In this document: positions 34,945-43,714 of the stretch, in pieces | How positions within the stretch are numbered: position 1 is the stretch's first letter | How the letters are laid out: each line of letters begins with the position of its first letter | Assembly (NCBI GenBank): GCA_903831865.1 | Contig: CAIKZH010000014.1 | Coordinates: 1 to 59,071 of the forward strand | DNA from: an uncultured Coriobacteriia bacterium | GTDB lineage: Bacteria > Actinomycetota > Coriobacteriia > Anaerosomatales > PALSA-660 | Reading direction: 5' to 3' | DNA length: 59,071 bases | Position numbers and translations under genes: made by a program | Notes under the pieces: model-generated | Databases searched by the model: none | What the model was told of the DNA's origin: nothing | The model's input: only the letters and a program-made list of their open reading frames with translations

Positions 34945-36774
34945 GTGACAGCTGACCCGACATCGGCAGACGCTCCCGCCGTGCTCGACCCCCTCGAACA
35001 GACCCTTCGCAGCGTCTTCGGCATCCACGAGTTCCGCCCCCACCAGCGGGTGATCATCGAGCACGTGATCGCAGGCGGCGACGCGTTCGTCCTGATGCCG
35101 ACTGGTGGGGGGAAGTCGCTGTGCTTCCAGCTGCCGGCTCTCCACCGGGCCGGTACCGCGATCGTCGTCTCACCGCTCATCTCGCTGATGAAGGACCAGG
35201 TCGACGCGCTGCAGGCCAACGGCGTCGCGGCGGCGTGTCTGAACTCCTCGCTCTCATCCAGCGACGCCTCGGAAGTCCTGCGGGAGCTGCGGGCGGGGCG
35301 CCTCCGCATGCTGTATGTCGCGCCCGAGCGCCTCGTGATGGCGGGCTTCCTCGCGACGCTTCGGACGGTGCACGTCTCCCTCTTCGCGATCGACGAGGCG
35401 CACTGCGTCAGCCAGTGGGGCCACGACTTCAGGCCGGAGTACGTCCAGCTGGGGGAGTTGCGCGGCCTCTTCCCGGGTATCCCGCTCGTGGCCCTCACGG
35501 CGACGGCCGACGACCAGACTCGCGAGGACGTGCGCCGACGGCTGCACATCGAGACCGCGCCGGTCTTCTCCGCCGGGTTCGACCGGCCCAACATCCGCTA
35601 CACCGTGGCGGAGAAGCGCTCCGCACCTCAGCAGCTCGAGCGGTTCATCGCTCAGCACCCCACCGACTCGGGGATCGTCTACTGCCTGAGTCGCAAGAGG
35701 GTGGAGCAGGTGGCCGAGCGCCTGCGGAAAGCGGGCGTCAGGGCGGCCGCGTATCACGCCGGCATGCCGTCAGCCGAGCGCTCGCGTGTGCAGGACGCGT
35801 TCGCGCGGGACGAGGTCCATGTGGTCGTGGCGACGGTGGCGTTCGGCATGGGGATCGACAAGCCCGATGTGCGGTTCGTGGTGCACTACGACATGCCCAA
35901 GAACATCGAGGGCTACTACCAGGAGACGGGCCGCGCCGGGCGGGACGGTCTGCCGGCCGAGGCCCTGCTGCTGTTCGGCATGCAGGACGCGGTGGTCGCG
36001 CGAGGTCTGATCGAGATGGGCGGGAACCCCGATCAGGTGCGTGTGGAGCTGCACAAGCTCTCTGCGATGACCGACTTCGCCGAGGCGACCACATGCAGGA
36101 GGCGGGTGCTGCTCGGCTATCTTGGCGAGCAGCTGGAGCGCGACTGCGGCAACTGCGACGTGTGCCTCGATCCGCCGGAGCTCTACGACGCCACCGTCGA
36201 CGCACAGAAGGTGCTCTCAACGGTGTATCGGACAGGGGAGAGGTTCGGGGTCGGGCACGTCATCGACGTGCTCGTCGGCGCGACCACCGAGAAGATGGCC
36301 AGTCGCGGCCATGATGCCCTGAGCGTCTTCGGCGTCGGGGCCGACCGGTCGCGCGACGAGTGGACGAGCGTCGTGAGGCAGTTGGTGCATCGCGGCTACC
36401 TGCATCAGGACATCGCGGAGTACTCGGCGTTGAAGCTCCGGCCCAGCGCGAGCGGCGTCCTGCGCGGCGAGGTCGAGGTGAGTCTCGCGAGGCCGCGCGC
36501 TCGAGTGCGGGCGGAGAAGCGGCCGGCCCGCTCGGTGGCGCTGACGGGTTCGGCGGTGGACGCCGACCTGTTCGAGCAGCTGCGCGAGTTGCGCCGGGGG
36601 ATCGCCACGGAGCAGGGGGTGCCGGCCTACGTGGTGTTCACCGACCGGGCGCTCGCCGACATGGCCGCCCGCCGGCCGAGGACACTGGTCGAGTTCCTGC
36701 AGGTCCACGGAGTCGGGGAGGCCAAGCTGGAGCGGTACGGCGACGTGTTCCTGGAGGCGATCGCGGCCGGTTAG
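34945..36774 (+). CDS. recQ: ATP-dependent DNA helicase RecQ
   Basis: FRPHQRVIIEHV, Walker A MPTGGGKSLCFQLPA, DEAH box (FAIDEAHCVSQWGHDFRPEY), RQC Zn-finger cysteines (CRRRVLLGYLGE...CGNCDVC) and a C-terminal HRDC. The start is uncertain (GTG 34945). Confidence 0.9.
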   Translation: MTADPTSADAPAVLDPLEQTLRSVFGIHEFRPHQRVIIEHVIAGGDAFVLMPTGGGKSLCFQLPALHRAGTAIVVSPLISLMKDQVDALQANGVAAACLNSSLSSSDASEVLRELRAGRLRMLYVAPERLVMAGFLATLRTVHVSLFAIDEAHCVSQWGHDFRPEYVQLGELRGLFPGIPLVALTATADDQTREDVRRRLHIETAPVFSAGFDRPNIRYTVAEKRSAPQQLERFIAQHPTDSGIVYCLSRKRVEQVAERLRKAGVRAAAYHAGMPSAERSRVQDAFARDEVHVVVATVAFGMGIDKPDVRFVVHYDMPKNIEGYYQETGRAGRDGLPAEALLLFGMQDAVVARGLIEMGGNPDQVRVELHKLSAMTDFAEATTCRRRVLLGYLGEQLERDCGNCDVCLDPPELYDATVDAQKVLSTVYRTGERFGVGHVIDVLVGATTEKMASRGHDALSVFGVGADRSRDEWTSVVRQLVHRGYLHQDIAEYSALKLRPSASGVLRGEVEVSLARPRARVRAEKRPARSVALTGSAVDADLFEQLRELRRGIATEQGVPAYVVFTDRALADMAARRPRTLVEFLQVHGVGEAKLERYGDVFLEAIAAG

Positions 36775-36890
36775 ATGCGTCATCGCGCGCCCGCTCAGCG
36801 CGCGGAGCTACTATCGCCAGCCGTTTGTGGCGATAACTCGCGTATGGGCCATCTCGCTATCCGGGGAGAACACGTGGCAGTGCATGGCTC

Positions 36891-38228
36891 GTGCGTGGAA
36901 GCAGCATCCCCGTGACGTCGCGTCTTCATCCGAGGTCCACGGCCACCGCCGCGGTCCGTCGTCGGATCGCCGTCCTGACCCTGCTGGTTCTCGCTTTCAC
37001 GCTGCTCGGCGCCGCGGGCGCGCTCGCGATCACACGCGACACGGTTCTGGCGCGGGCGCAGACGTGGGTCGACAGCCCGGTGCCCTACAGCCAGGCCAGA
37101 TACCATGGCGGCTACCGCACCGACTGCTCCGGCTATGTCTCCATGTGCTGGGGGACCGGGGTCTCGTGGTCCACGCGGACCTTCTCTCACGTCGGACATC
37201 GCACCAGCGCCGCCTATCTCAAGCCCGGCGACGCGATGCTGAAGGCCGGCACCCACATCCGGCTCTTCTACGGTTGGGCGGACGCTGCGCACACGACCTA
37301 TGTGTCATACGAGCAGACCGGGCCGCATACGAAGTCGAGCGTGCGGTACATGGCCAACGACCTTGCCAGCGGCTATGTTCCCTTCCGCTACAACGCCATC
37401 CAGGACAGTCCGCCGTCGCGCAACGCCCTCCTGAACGGCTCGTTCAACGTGTGGTCGTACGGGGACCCGGTGTGGTGGTCGGTAGGCGGATCCGGTCCGA
37501 TGACCGCCGTGACGCAGCGCACCGATCTTGCGAAGGCGGGCAGGTTCTCGCTGGAGCTGGACAACACTGCCGCCGATCCCTCGCGCTTCGCGGAGATCGA
37601 GCAGACCGCGGCTGTCTCACCTGACGCGATCTACACGCTGTACGCGTGGGCGAGGACCGCCGGCGATCCCCGCGGCGTTCAGGTACGCCTGCGCTATCTG
37701 GACGCTTCAGGAGGATCGCTCGTCGACACGACGACTACGGGGGACATCTGGGGCGTCGGCAACACCCGCTTCACCCAGATGTCGCTGCGCGCAGGCGCGC
37801 CGACGGGCACCGTGACAGCGGCGGTGGAGTTGCGTGTGGCGGGCGGCGTCGACGCGTCAGGCACGCCGGGGAACTCGGCGGTGTTCGACGAGATCTCCCT
37901 CGTGCGGCCGCAGGCCACGATCACCATCCACACGGACGGCACGACTGCGCGTTCCGAAAGTGTTCCTGCCTTGAGCGGCTCAGTCACCCCGACGAGCGCC
38001 GTGGGCGCGGAGATCGTCGTGTACGTGAAGAAGCCGGGATCCAGTCGCTGGAGCTACTCGTCGAACCGCACGGTCTACGCCTCCGGCGACACAGCAGCGT
38101 GGCAGTACAAGTACCGCTTCAAGCCGGGGATGGCCAAGGGCGTCTACGGCTTCAAGGCCGAGGTGCCGGCGCTGGGCGGGTACCTGGGTGCGATGTCGCC
38201 GACGACGGTGAGCGTGCGGCTGAGGTAG
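36891..38228 (+). CDS. Secreted NlpC/P60-like (C40) cell-wall hydrolase with carbohydrate-binding-like and Ig-like C-terminal domains
   Basis: Signal/TM segment, then GGYRTDCSGYVSMCW (catalytic Cys context). A CBM-like middle region follows. The C-terminal ~100-aa domain is shared with two other proteins in the window. Confidence 0.7.
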   Translation: MRGSSIPVTSRLHPRSTATAAVRRRIAVLTLLVLAFTLLGAAGALAITRDTVLARAQTWVDSPVPYSQARYHGGYRTDCSGYVSMCWGTGVSWSTRTFSHVGHRTSAAYLKPGDAMLKAGTHIRLFYGWADAAHTTYVSYEQTGPHTKSSVRYMANDLASGYVPFRYNAIQDSPPSRNALLNGSFNVWSYGDPVWWSVGGSGPMTAVTQRTDLAKAGRFSLELDNTAADPSRFAEIEQTAAVSPDAIYTLYAWARTAGDPRGVQVRLRYLDASGGSLVDTTTTGDIWGVGNTRFTQMSLRAGAPTGTVTAAVELRVAGGVDASGTPGNSAVFDEISLVRPQATITIHTDGTTARSESVPALSGSVTPTSAVGAEIVVYVKKPGSSRWSYSSNRTVYASGDTAAWQYKYRFKPGMAKGVYGFKAEVPALGGYLGAMSPTTVSVRLR

Positions 38229-40842
38229 CCGGCCCCAGGTACTCTTCGAGGGGCAGTGGCCGGCCGATCTCGTAGCCCTGGGCGAAGTCGACTCCCTCCC
38301 GCCTGACCACGTCCAGCAGTGTGGCGCTCTCCACATACTCGGCGACGGTGCGGATGCCGAGCCCCTTGCACATCTCGACGATGGCGCGGACGAAGTGCAG
38401 GTCGGGCGAGCCTCCGCTGAGGCCTCTCACCAATGCGCCGTCGATCTTCAGGTAGTCGACCGCGAGGTGCTTCAGGTAGTAGAAGGACGAAGTGCCGGAG
38501 CCGAAGTCGTCGAGCGCGAACCTGCAGCCGATCTCTCTCAGCGCATCGATGAACTCCTGCGCCCTCTGGATGTCCGCTATGGCGGTGGTCTCGGTGATCT
38601 CGATCACGAGATCGGACGGCCTGACCTCGAGTCGCTGGAACTCATCGCGCATGATCTGCAGGAGGTCAGGATCGGAGAACGCGGCGCCGGACAGGTTGAT
38701 CGCGAAGAACGTGTGGCGGCCAGCCGCCTGTTCCTCGGAGAGCATGCCGATGGCGCGACGAGCCACCCAGCGGTCGATGTCCCGGATCATGCCCAGTCGC
38801 TCGGCGGTTGGGATGAAGACGGTCGGCATGATGGTCTCGCCGTCCTCGTCGATCATCCGGACCAGGAGCTCGTAGGAGCGGACCTTGTCGTCACTCAGGT
38901 CCAGAACCGGCTGCGCGTAGAGCCGGAAGCGGTTGTCGTGCAGGGCGCTCACGATGCGCTCCGAGGTCGCGATCTGCTCGGTCATCCGGCTCTGCCACTG
39001 CTCGTCATGCGTGTAGGCGACGAATCGGTTGCCCCCCGTGGTCTTGGCCTCATACATGGCGAGGTCGGCGCGCGCCATCAACTGGTCGCAGTCCGTGCCG
39101 TGCTCGGGGAACCTGACCAGCCCGACGCTCGCGCTCACGCGAACCTTGTGCCCGGCGATCGCGAACGGGGCGCCTCCAAGCGCGAAGAGCAGCCTGGTGG
39201 CCGTCGCCCTCGCGTCGTGCTCATCGACGTGCGGCACCAGGATCCCGAATTCGTCACCGCCGAGCCTCGCCACGGTGCAGTAGTCCCGCGTGCTCGTGCG
39301 AAGCTGCTGGGCGAAGGCGCGCAGGATGTCGTCGCCCGCCGCATGGCCCAGGCAGTCGTTCAGGTCTTTGAAGTGGTCGAGATCGAACCACAGCAGCGCG
39401 CCCGTCCCGCCCAGCCGCCTGAGCTTGGAGAGCTCGCGTCCAAGCTCGGCCTCGAACTGTCGACGGTTCGCGAGGCCGGTGAGCGCGTCGTGAGACGCCA
39501 GGTAAGTGAGATCGGTCTGGGAGCGGTCCAGTTCCAGCTGCATCGAAAGCAGCGGAGCCAAGCCATCAGCCAGCGCCATCGACGTCCTGTCCAGCTTCCT
39601 TGATGAGGTGAAGAAGAACTCCAACATGCCGGCAGGTGTGCCGCCGATGCGCAACGGGACGAGGATCGCGGCCTGCAGCGGGCAGTGTTCGTTGGGGCAG
39701 CCGATCTCGCTCCGATGGCGAAGGATCTTGCGGGTGTTGGTAGCCAGCGCCTCCTGCGTGGCCGTCATCACGATCGGTCCGCCGACCTTGTGGTGGTCGC
39801 CGCCGAGGCCCGCATAGCCCAGTACTCGTGTGGCGTCGGTGATGACGACGGTGTCCGCCGGGCTGTGTTGAAGGACGAGCTGCGCGACCATTCCGGCGGC
39901 CCCGGGCGTCAGGCCCTCATGAAGGTTGTCCATGGCCTCTCGCGCGATGTCCAGGATCATCTTCGACTGCTGTGCGCGCAGATGATCGGGGAGAACGATG
40001 GTGTCCAGCGTGAGGCCGAGTCCGACCACGAGAAGCAGCCCGAACGCGCCGAGACCGATGCCCGCGCTGAGGACGGTCGCGCGCGTCATGTCGAACGCCG
40101 CTCGCGGCTGCGTGACCTCGGCGACGAGCGCCGGGGAGCCGTCCAGCCCCTTGACGACACCGTATCCGGTGACGGTGGCCGTCGCCGCGGCCGATGGCGG
40201 GGTCGGCCCTGACCCGGCAGGCCGAACGTTCAGCGGCAGGGTCACGAGCTTCCGGAGCGCGGTCAGGCGATCCCCGGTGAGGGAATACCCGGTCACGAAG
40301 TAGCCGTCGTAGGGGGCGGTCCCCCTGGTCGACGATACCGGCTGCACCGCGATGAGGAGTGGGCCCCCCGGCAGGCTCGCCGCCGCGGCCTCGGCAACAG
40401 TCGGATCGGTCAGCCCCAGCCGCGCCAACTCCGGTGTGAGGTAGCGAGCGAGGCCTGAAGGCAGAGCTGTGGTGCGCTTGGTGCCCGGATCTATCGCCCT
40501 CGAGGCGACTATCCTGCCGCTCTTGTCAGTGAAAGCCATGAAGTCGACGTGGAGCGAGGACAGGGTCTCCGGGGACAGGTTGGTCTGCAGGAACGCTGCG
40601 TTGCGGTCGCGCATGAAGGCGTAGGAGTCGTCCCATAACGCCCAGTCCGCGGTGACGAGAGTGAGCTGTTGCGCGCTCTCCTCGATCTGGGACACGGCAC
40701 GGCTGGCGCCCGCTTGCGCCGTTCGTTGGTCGATCTGATTGGAGACCCGGTCACCGAGAAGGATGCCGGCGGTCTGCAGCACCGCCCAAAGGACAAGGGC
40801 GGCGCCAAGCAGAAGCAACACGGTCCGGCCCCGGACTCCCAC
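38152..40842 (-). CDS. Membrane sensor diguanylate cyclase/phosphodiesterase (extracytoplasmic CHASE4-like sensor, GAF-like, GGDEF, EAL)
   Basis: GTG 40842 lies after GGGAGAAG. WALWDDSYAF sits in a loop between two TM helices. RLGGDEFGIL (GGDEF). YELLVRM...EITETTAI...DDFGSG (EAL). Confidence 0.85.
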   Translation of the reverse strand: MGVRGRTVLLLLGAALVLWAVLQTAGILLGDRVSNQIDQRTAQAGASRAVSQIEESAQQLTLVTADWALWDDSYAFMRDRNAAFLQTNLSPETLSSLHVDFMAFTDKSGRIVASRAIDPGTKRTTALPSGLARYLTPELARLGLTDPTVAEAAAASLPGGPLLIAVQPVSSTRGTAPYDGYFVTGYSLTGDRLTALRKLVTLPLNVRPAGSGPTPPSAAATATVTGYGVVKGLDGSPALVAEVTQPRAAFDMTRATVLSAGIGLGAFGLLLVVGLGLTLDTIVLPDHLRAQQSKMILDIAREAMDNLHEGLTPGAAGMVAQLVLQHSPADTVVITDATRVLGYAGLGGDHHKVGGPIVMTATQEALATNTRKILRHRSEIGCPNEHCPLQAAILVPLRIGGTPAGMLEFFFTSSRKLDRTSMALADGLAPLLSMQLELDRSQTDLTYLASHDALTGLANRRQFEAELGRELSKLRRLGGTGALLWFDLDHFKDLNDCLGHAAGDDILRAFAQQLRTSTRDYCTVARLGGDEFGILVPHVDEHDARATATRLLFALGGAPFAIAGHKVRVSASVGLVRFPEHGTDCDQLMARADLAMYEAKTTGGNRFVAYTHDEQWQSRMTEQIATSERIVSALHDNRFRLYAQPVLDLSDDKVRSYELLVRMIDEDGETIMPTVFIPTAERLGMIRDIDRWVARRAIGMLSEEQAAGRHTFFAINLSGAAFSDPDLLQIMRDEFQRLEVRPSDLVIEITETTAIADIQRAQEFIDALREIGCRFALDDFGSGTSSFYYLKHLAVDYLKIDGALVRGLSGGSPDLHFVRAIVEMCKGLGIRTVAEYVESATLLDVVRREGVDFAQGYEIGRPLPLEEYLGPATSAARSPSSATSHPGTRPAPAPRP

Positions 40843-41135
40843 GACTTCTCCCTACGCCATTCGCACGCGACAGGGGAAGCGACGCAAGCGGGGTGCCGTT
40901 GCGCGGGCGTCGACAGGAGCGCCCGCCGAGCGGCCGGTCGGGGTTGCGACGAAGTCGACCGCCGGGTGGCAGGCCTACCGACCGTCCGGCATCCGGCTCT
41001 CATGTGTCGCAGACGGCTCGCCGAAGATGTAGCTGCAGGGAGTCGCTTCCAGCTCCTGTGACAAGAGCAAACCCGTCGCGAGGCGGGGACGCAAAGCCGT
41101 GGATCTCCCCCGGGGAGACTGCCTGGTTGCCGAAA

Positions 41136-43493
41136 GTGAGCGAGACATTGAGAAGGTTGCTGCGCCTTGTCATGGTGGTGCCGCTTGCGCTGGCATCGCT
41201 TGCTCTCCCCGCCTCGGCGGCAACGGCCGCCGCTCCGGCGCCCCCAGTCTCCGCACCCGCGGCGGCAGGTGTGATCGCCAAGCCCAGGCCCGGCGTTTCT
41301 ATAGGTGCCGCTGCCTTCGCGGCGGGGCAGCGCGGTGAACCGCTCGCCGACATGACGGTTGTGACCTATCCGACGCCGGCGGGGGATACGGCGCAGTCCT
41401 ATGCCGCAGCGCTCCAGTCCACCGGCCGCTTCGAGTACGTGAGTCCGAACTACGTGCGCACCCTCTCCGACTACGCGGCGACGCCCGACGACCCCGACTT
41501 CAACGACCCCACCTCGTTCATGACCGCGAGCAGCCCTGGCGTCGATCATGCGAAGTCCTGGGCTCTTCGCGGCGCCGGGTCCGCCGACTTCGACCGGGTG
41601 TGGCCGGACCTTGCCGTCAACGGACAGGCATACCATGCCCGAGTGACCGGCGATGCGGTCCCCGTTGCGGTCTTGGACACCGGCTTCTACCTCGATCAGA
41701 ACGATCGGGGCCACATCGTCGCCAAGAAGGACTGCTTCGCCACGTTCTCCAGCGCGACGGGTGTCATGACGACCGATTCGGATGTGACGCCGGTGTCCTC
41801 CTCGGCACCACTGGCCAGCCCGACCATTGCGGCTCACGGGACCATGACCGCGAGCGAGATCGCAGAGGCCGGCGACAACGGGGTCGGGTCCCTGGGAGCC
41901 AGCTACGACGGGACCGTGTGGGTCTACAAGGTCCAAGGCATCTGGGCCGACGGCGACGGCACAGGGGCGTACCCTGCCGGCTGCGCGGTGATCCTCGACT
42001 CCGCGATCATCGATGCGATACGCACCGCGACCGACGACGGTGCGAAGGTCATCAGCATGAGTCTCGGCGGGGCGGACTACGACCCCGCCATGCAGGACGC
42101 CATCGAATACGCTGCCGCCAAGGGTGTGGTCGTGGTGGCAGCCGCGGGCAACACGGGCGGCGCCGGCGTCCAGTACCCGGCGGCATACGATCACGTCATC
42201 GGTGTGGGCTCGTACTCGCTCGCCGGTGGGCCGCCCGCGGCGACCGCGGTACGGTCGCCATTCGGCGCCTGCGGCGCCGGCCTCGACATCCTGGCTCCCG
42301 GTGACTACATCTGGGGCCCTGACCAGCCTGGCTACACGGGGGCCAATTCGACTGTCCCCGGATACTGCTGGTGGCAGGGCACGAGCATGTCCGCACCGTT
42401 CGTAGCCGCGGCCGCGAGCCTCCTTCTACGATTCGAGCCGTCGCTGTCACCCGCCCAGGTGGAGACAGTTCTCGAGTCGTCGGCAACGAGCATGGGGGCG
42501 GCGGGCTACAGCACCGACTGCGGCTGGGGACGGCTGAACATGCGGGCGGCCTACGAGAAGCTGATCGCGACCCATCCCGTGCTCGCGGCGCCGACTCTCA
42601 GCGGCATCAGCGCCGGCCTTACCTACACGATCCGCGACTTCAACCTTGCATGGTCGCCGGTCGCAGGCGAGGGTGTCTCATACGTCGTGTCCGGCGACTG
42701 GAGTGCCGCCCCTCTGTACTCGGGGAGCGACACCGCGGTGGTCCTGAGCGGTGTGCCCGACGGTGTCCACACGGTCAGCGTGACTCCGCGGAGCCCCACG
42801 GACTGGTCCGACGCAACGAGCATCAGCTCGGTCACCTTCGGGGTCAACGCGTCGCCTCTGGCGCAGTCGGCGACGGTCCTGTCTCTGGGTGCGTCAGTCG
42901 CTGCGGTCGCGAGCGGACAGCAGCTGACGCTCGGCGGGACGCTGTCGGCGGGCGATGGGGAGGCGGTCAGCGATGGCGTGGTGACCCTCAGCCGCAGCTA
43001 CGACGGCGGGTCGACGTGGCAGCAGATCGGGACCGCCGTGACGGATCCCACCGGCGGGTGGTCACTCATGGATACGCCCGATCGGGACTGCAGCTACCTA
43101 GCGGAGTACACGGGGGACTCGCTGCGCACGTCGAGCGCGTCGGCACAGGTCTCGGTGACGGTAGCCCGAAGGGCATCGCCGGTCGCGTCGATCACGATCG
43201 GCACCGGTCGGCAGGCGGCACACAGGGGGCAGGCGGTCGCGCTCTTCGGTCATGCCGCGCCCGACGAGGCGACGGGCTTGACGATCACCGTCTATGTGAG
43301 GAAGCCGGGGAGGAAGTACTGGACGTACTCGTCGAGCCGCGTCGTATACGCATCGAACGGCAGGGCGGCGTGGCAGTACGTGTACCGCTTCAAACCCAAA
43401 GCCGCGAAGGGCAGGTACGAGTTCCGCGCCGTCTATGCCGACGGGGCGACTCGCGCCACACTGTCGCGGGCCGTCGGCGTGAGGGTCAAGTAG
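41136..43493 (+). CDS. Secreted subtilisin-like (S8) serine protease with Ig-like C-terminal domains
   Basis: Signal peptide (LVMVVPLALASLALPASA). Catalytic triad contexts VAVLDTGF, HGTMTASEI, GTSMSAPFVAAAASL. The start is uncertain (GTG 41136 or ATG 41172). Confidence 0.85.
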   Translation: MSETLRRLLRLVMVVPLALASLALPASAATAAAPAPPVSAPAAAGVIAKPRPGVSIGAAAFAAGQRGEPLADMTVVTYPTPAGDTAQSYAAALQSTGRFEYVSPNYVRTLSDYAATPDDPDFNDPTSFMTASSPGVDHAKSWALRGAGSADFDRVWPDLAVNGQAYHARVTGDAVPVAVLDTGFYLDQNDRGHIVAKKDCFATFSSATGVMTTDSDVTPVSSSAPLASPTIAAHGTMTASEIAEAGDNGVGSLGASYDGTVWVYKVQGIWADGDGTGAYPAGCAVILDSAIIDAIRTATDDGAKVISMSLGGADYDPAMQDAIEYAAAKGVVVVAAAGNTGGAGVQYPAAYDHVIGVGSYSLAGGPPAATAVRSPFGACGAGLDILAPGDYIWGPDQPGYTGANSTVPGYCWWQGTSMSAPFVAAAASLLLRFEPSLSPAQVETVLESSATSMGAAGYSTDCGWGRLNMRAAYEKLIATHPVLAAPTLSGISAGLTYTIRDFNLAWSPVAGEGVSYVVSGDWSAAPLYSGSDTAVVLSGVPDGVHTVSVTPRSPTDWSDATSISSVTFGVNASPLAQSATVLSLGASVAAVASGQQLTLGGTLSAGDGEAVSDGVVTLSRSYDGGSTWQQIGTAVTDPTGGWSLMDTPDRDCSYLAEYTGDSLRTSSASAQVSVTVARRASPVASITIGTGRQAAHRGQAVALFGHAAPDEATGLTITVYVRKPGRKYWTYSSSRVVYASNGRAAWQYVYRFKPKAAKGRYEFRAVYADGATRATLSRAVGVRVK

Positions 43494-43714
43494 ATCTTCG
43501 AGACCCCGGTCGCACTGCGTCTACCGAGCGCTGCCGTGCCCGGCCTTGGACTCGGCATTCTCGCTGAACGTGAGACGCTCCTTGTCGAGCGCGCGCCACA
43601 CCCCTGGGGTCTCGAGCACCAGAACCATCACGGCGCGGCCCCCCAGAAGGTGCGGCTGCATCCGCGGCCACGCAGTTCCGGGCTGCGTCGCAGTCCTTCT
43701 CTCGCGCCCAGGCG

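Noticed and set aside
36775-36830. Short GC hairpin after recQ (CGCGCGC...GCGCGCG), considered as a terminator
   Set aside because: It has only about 7 bp, no U-tract, and lies in a generally GC-rich palindromic context. This is not distinctive enough to report as a feature.
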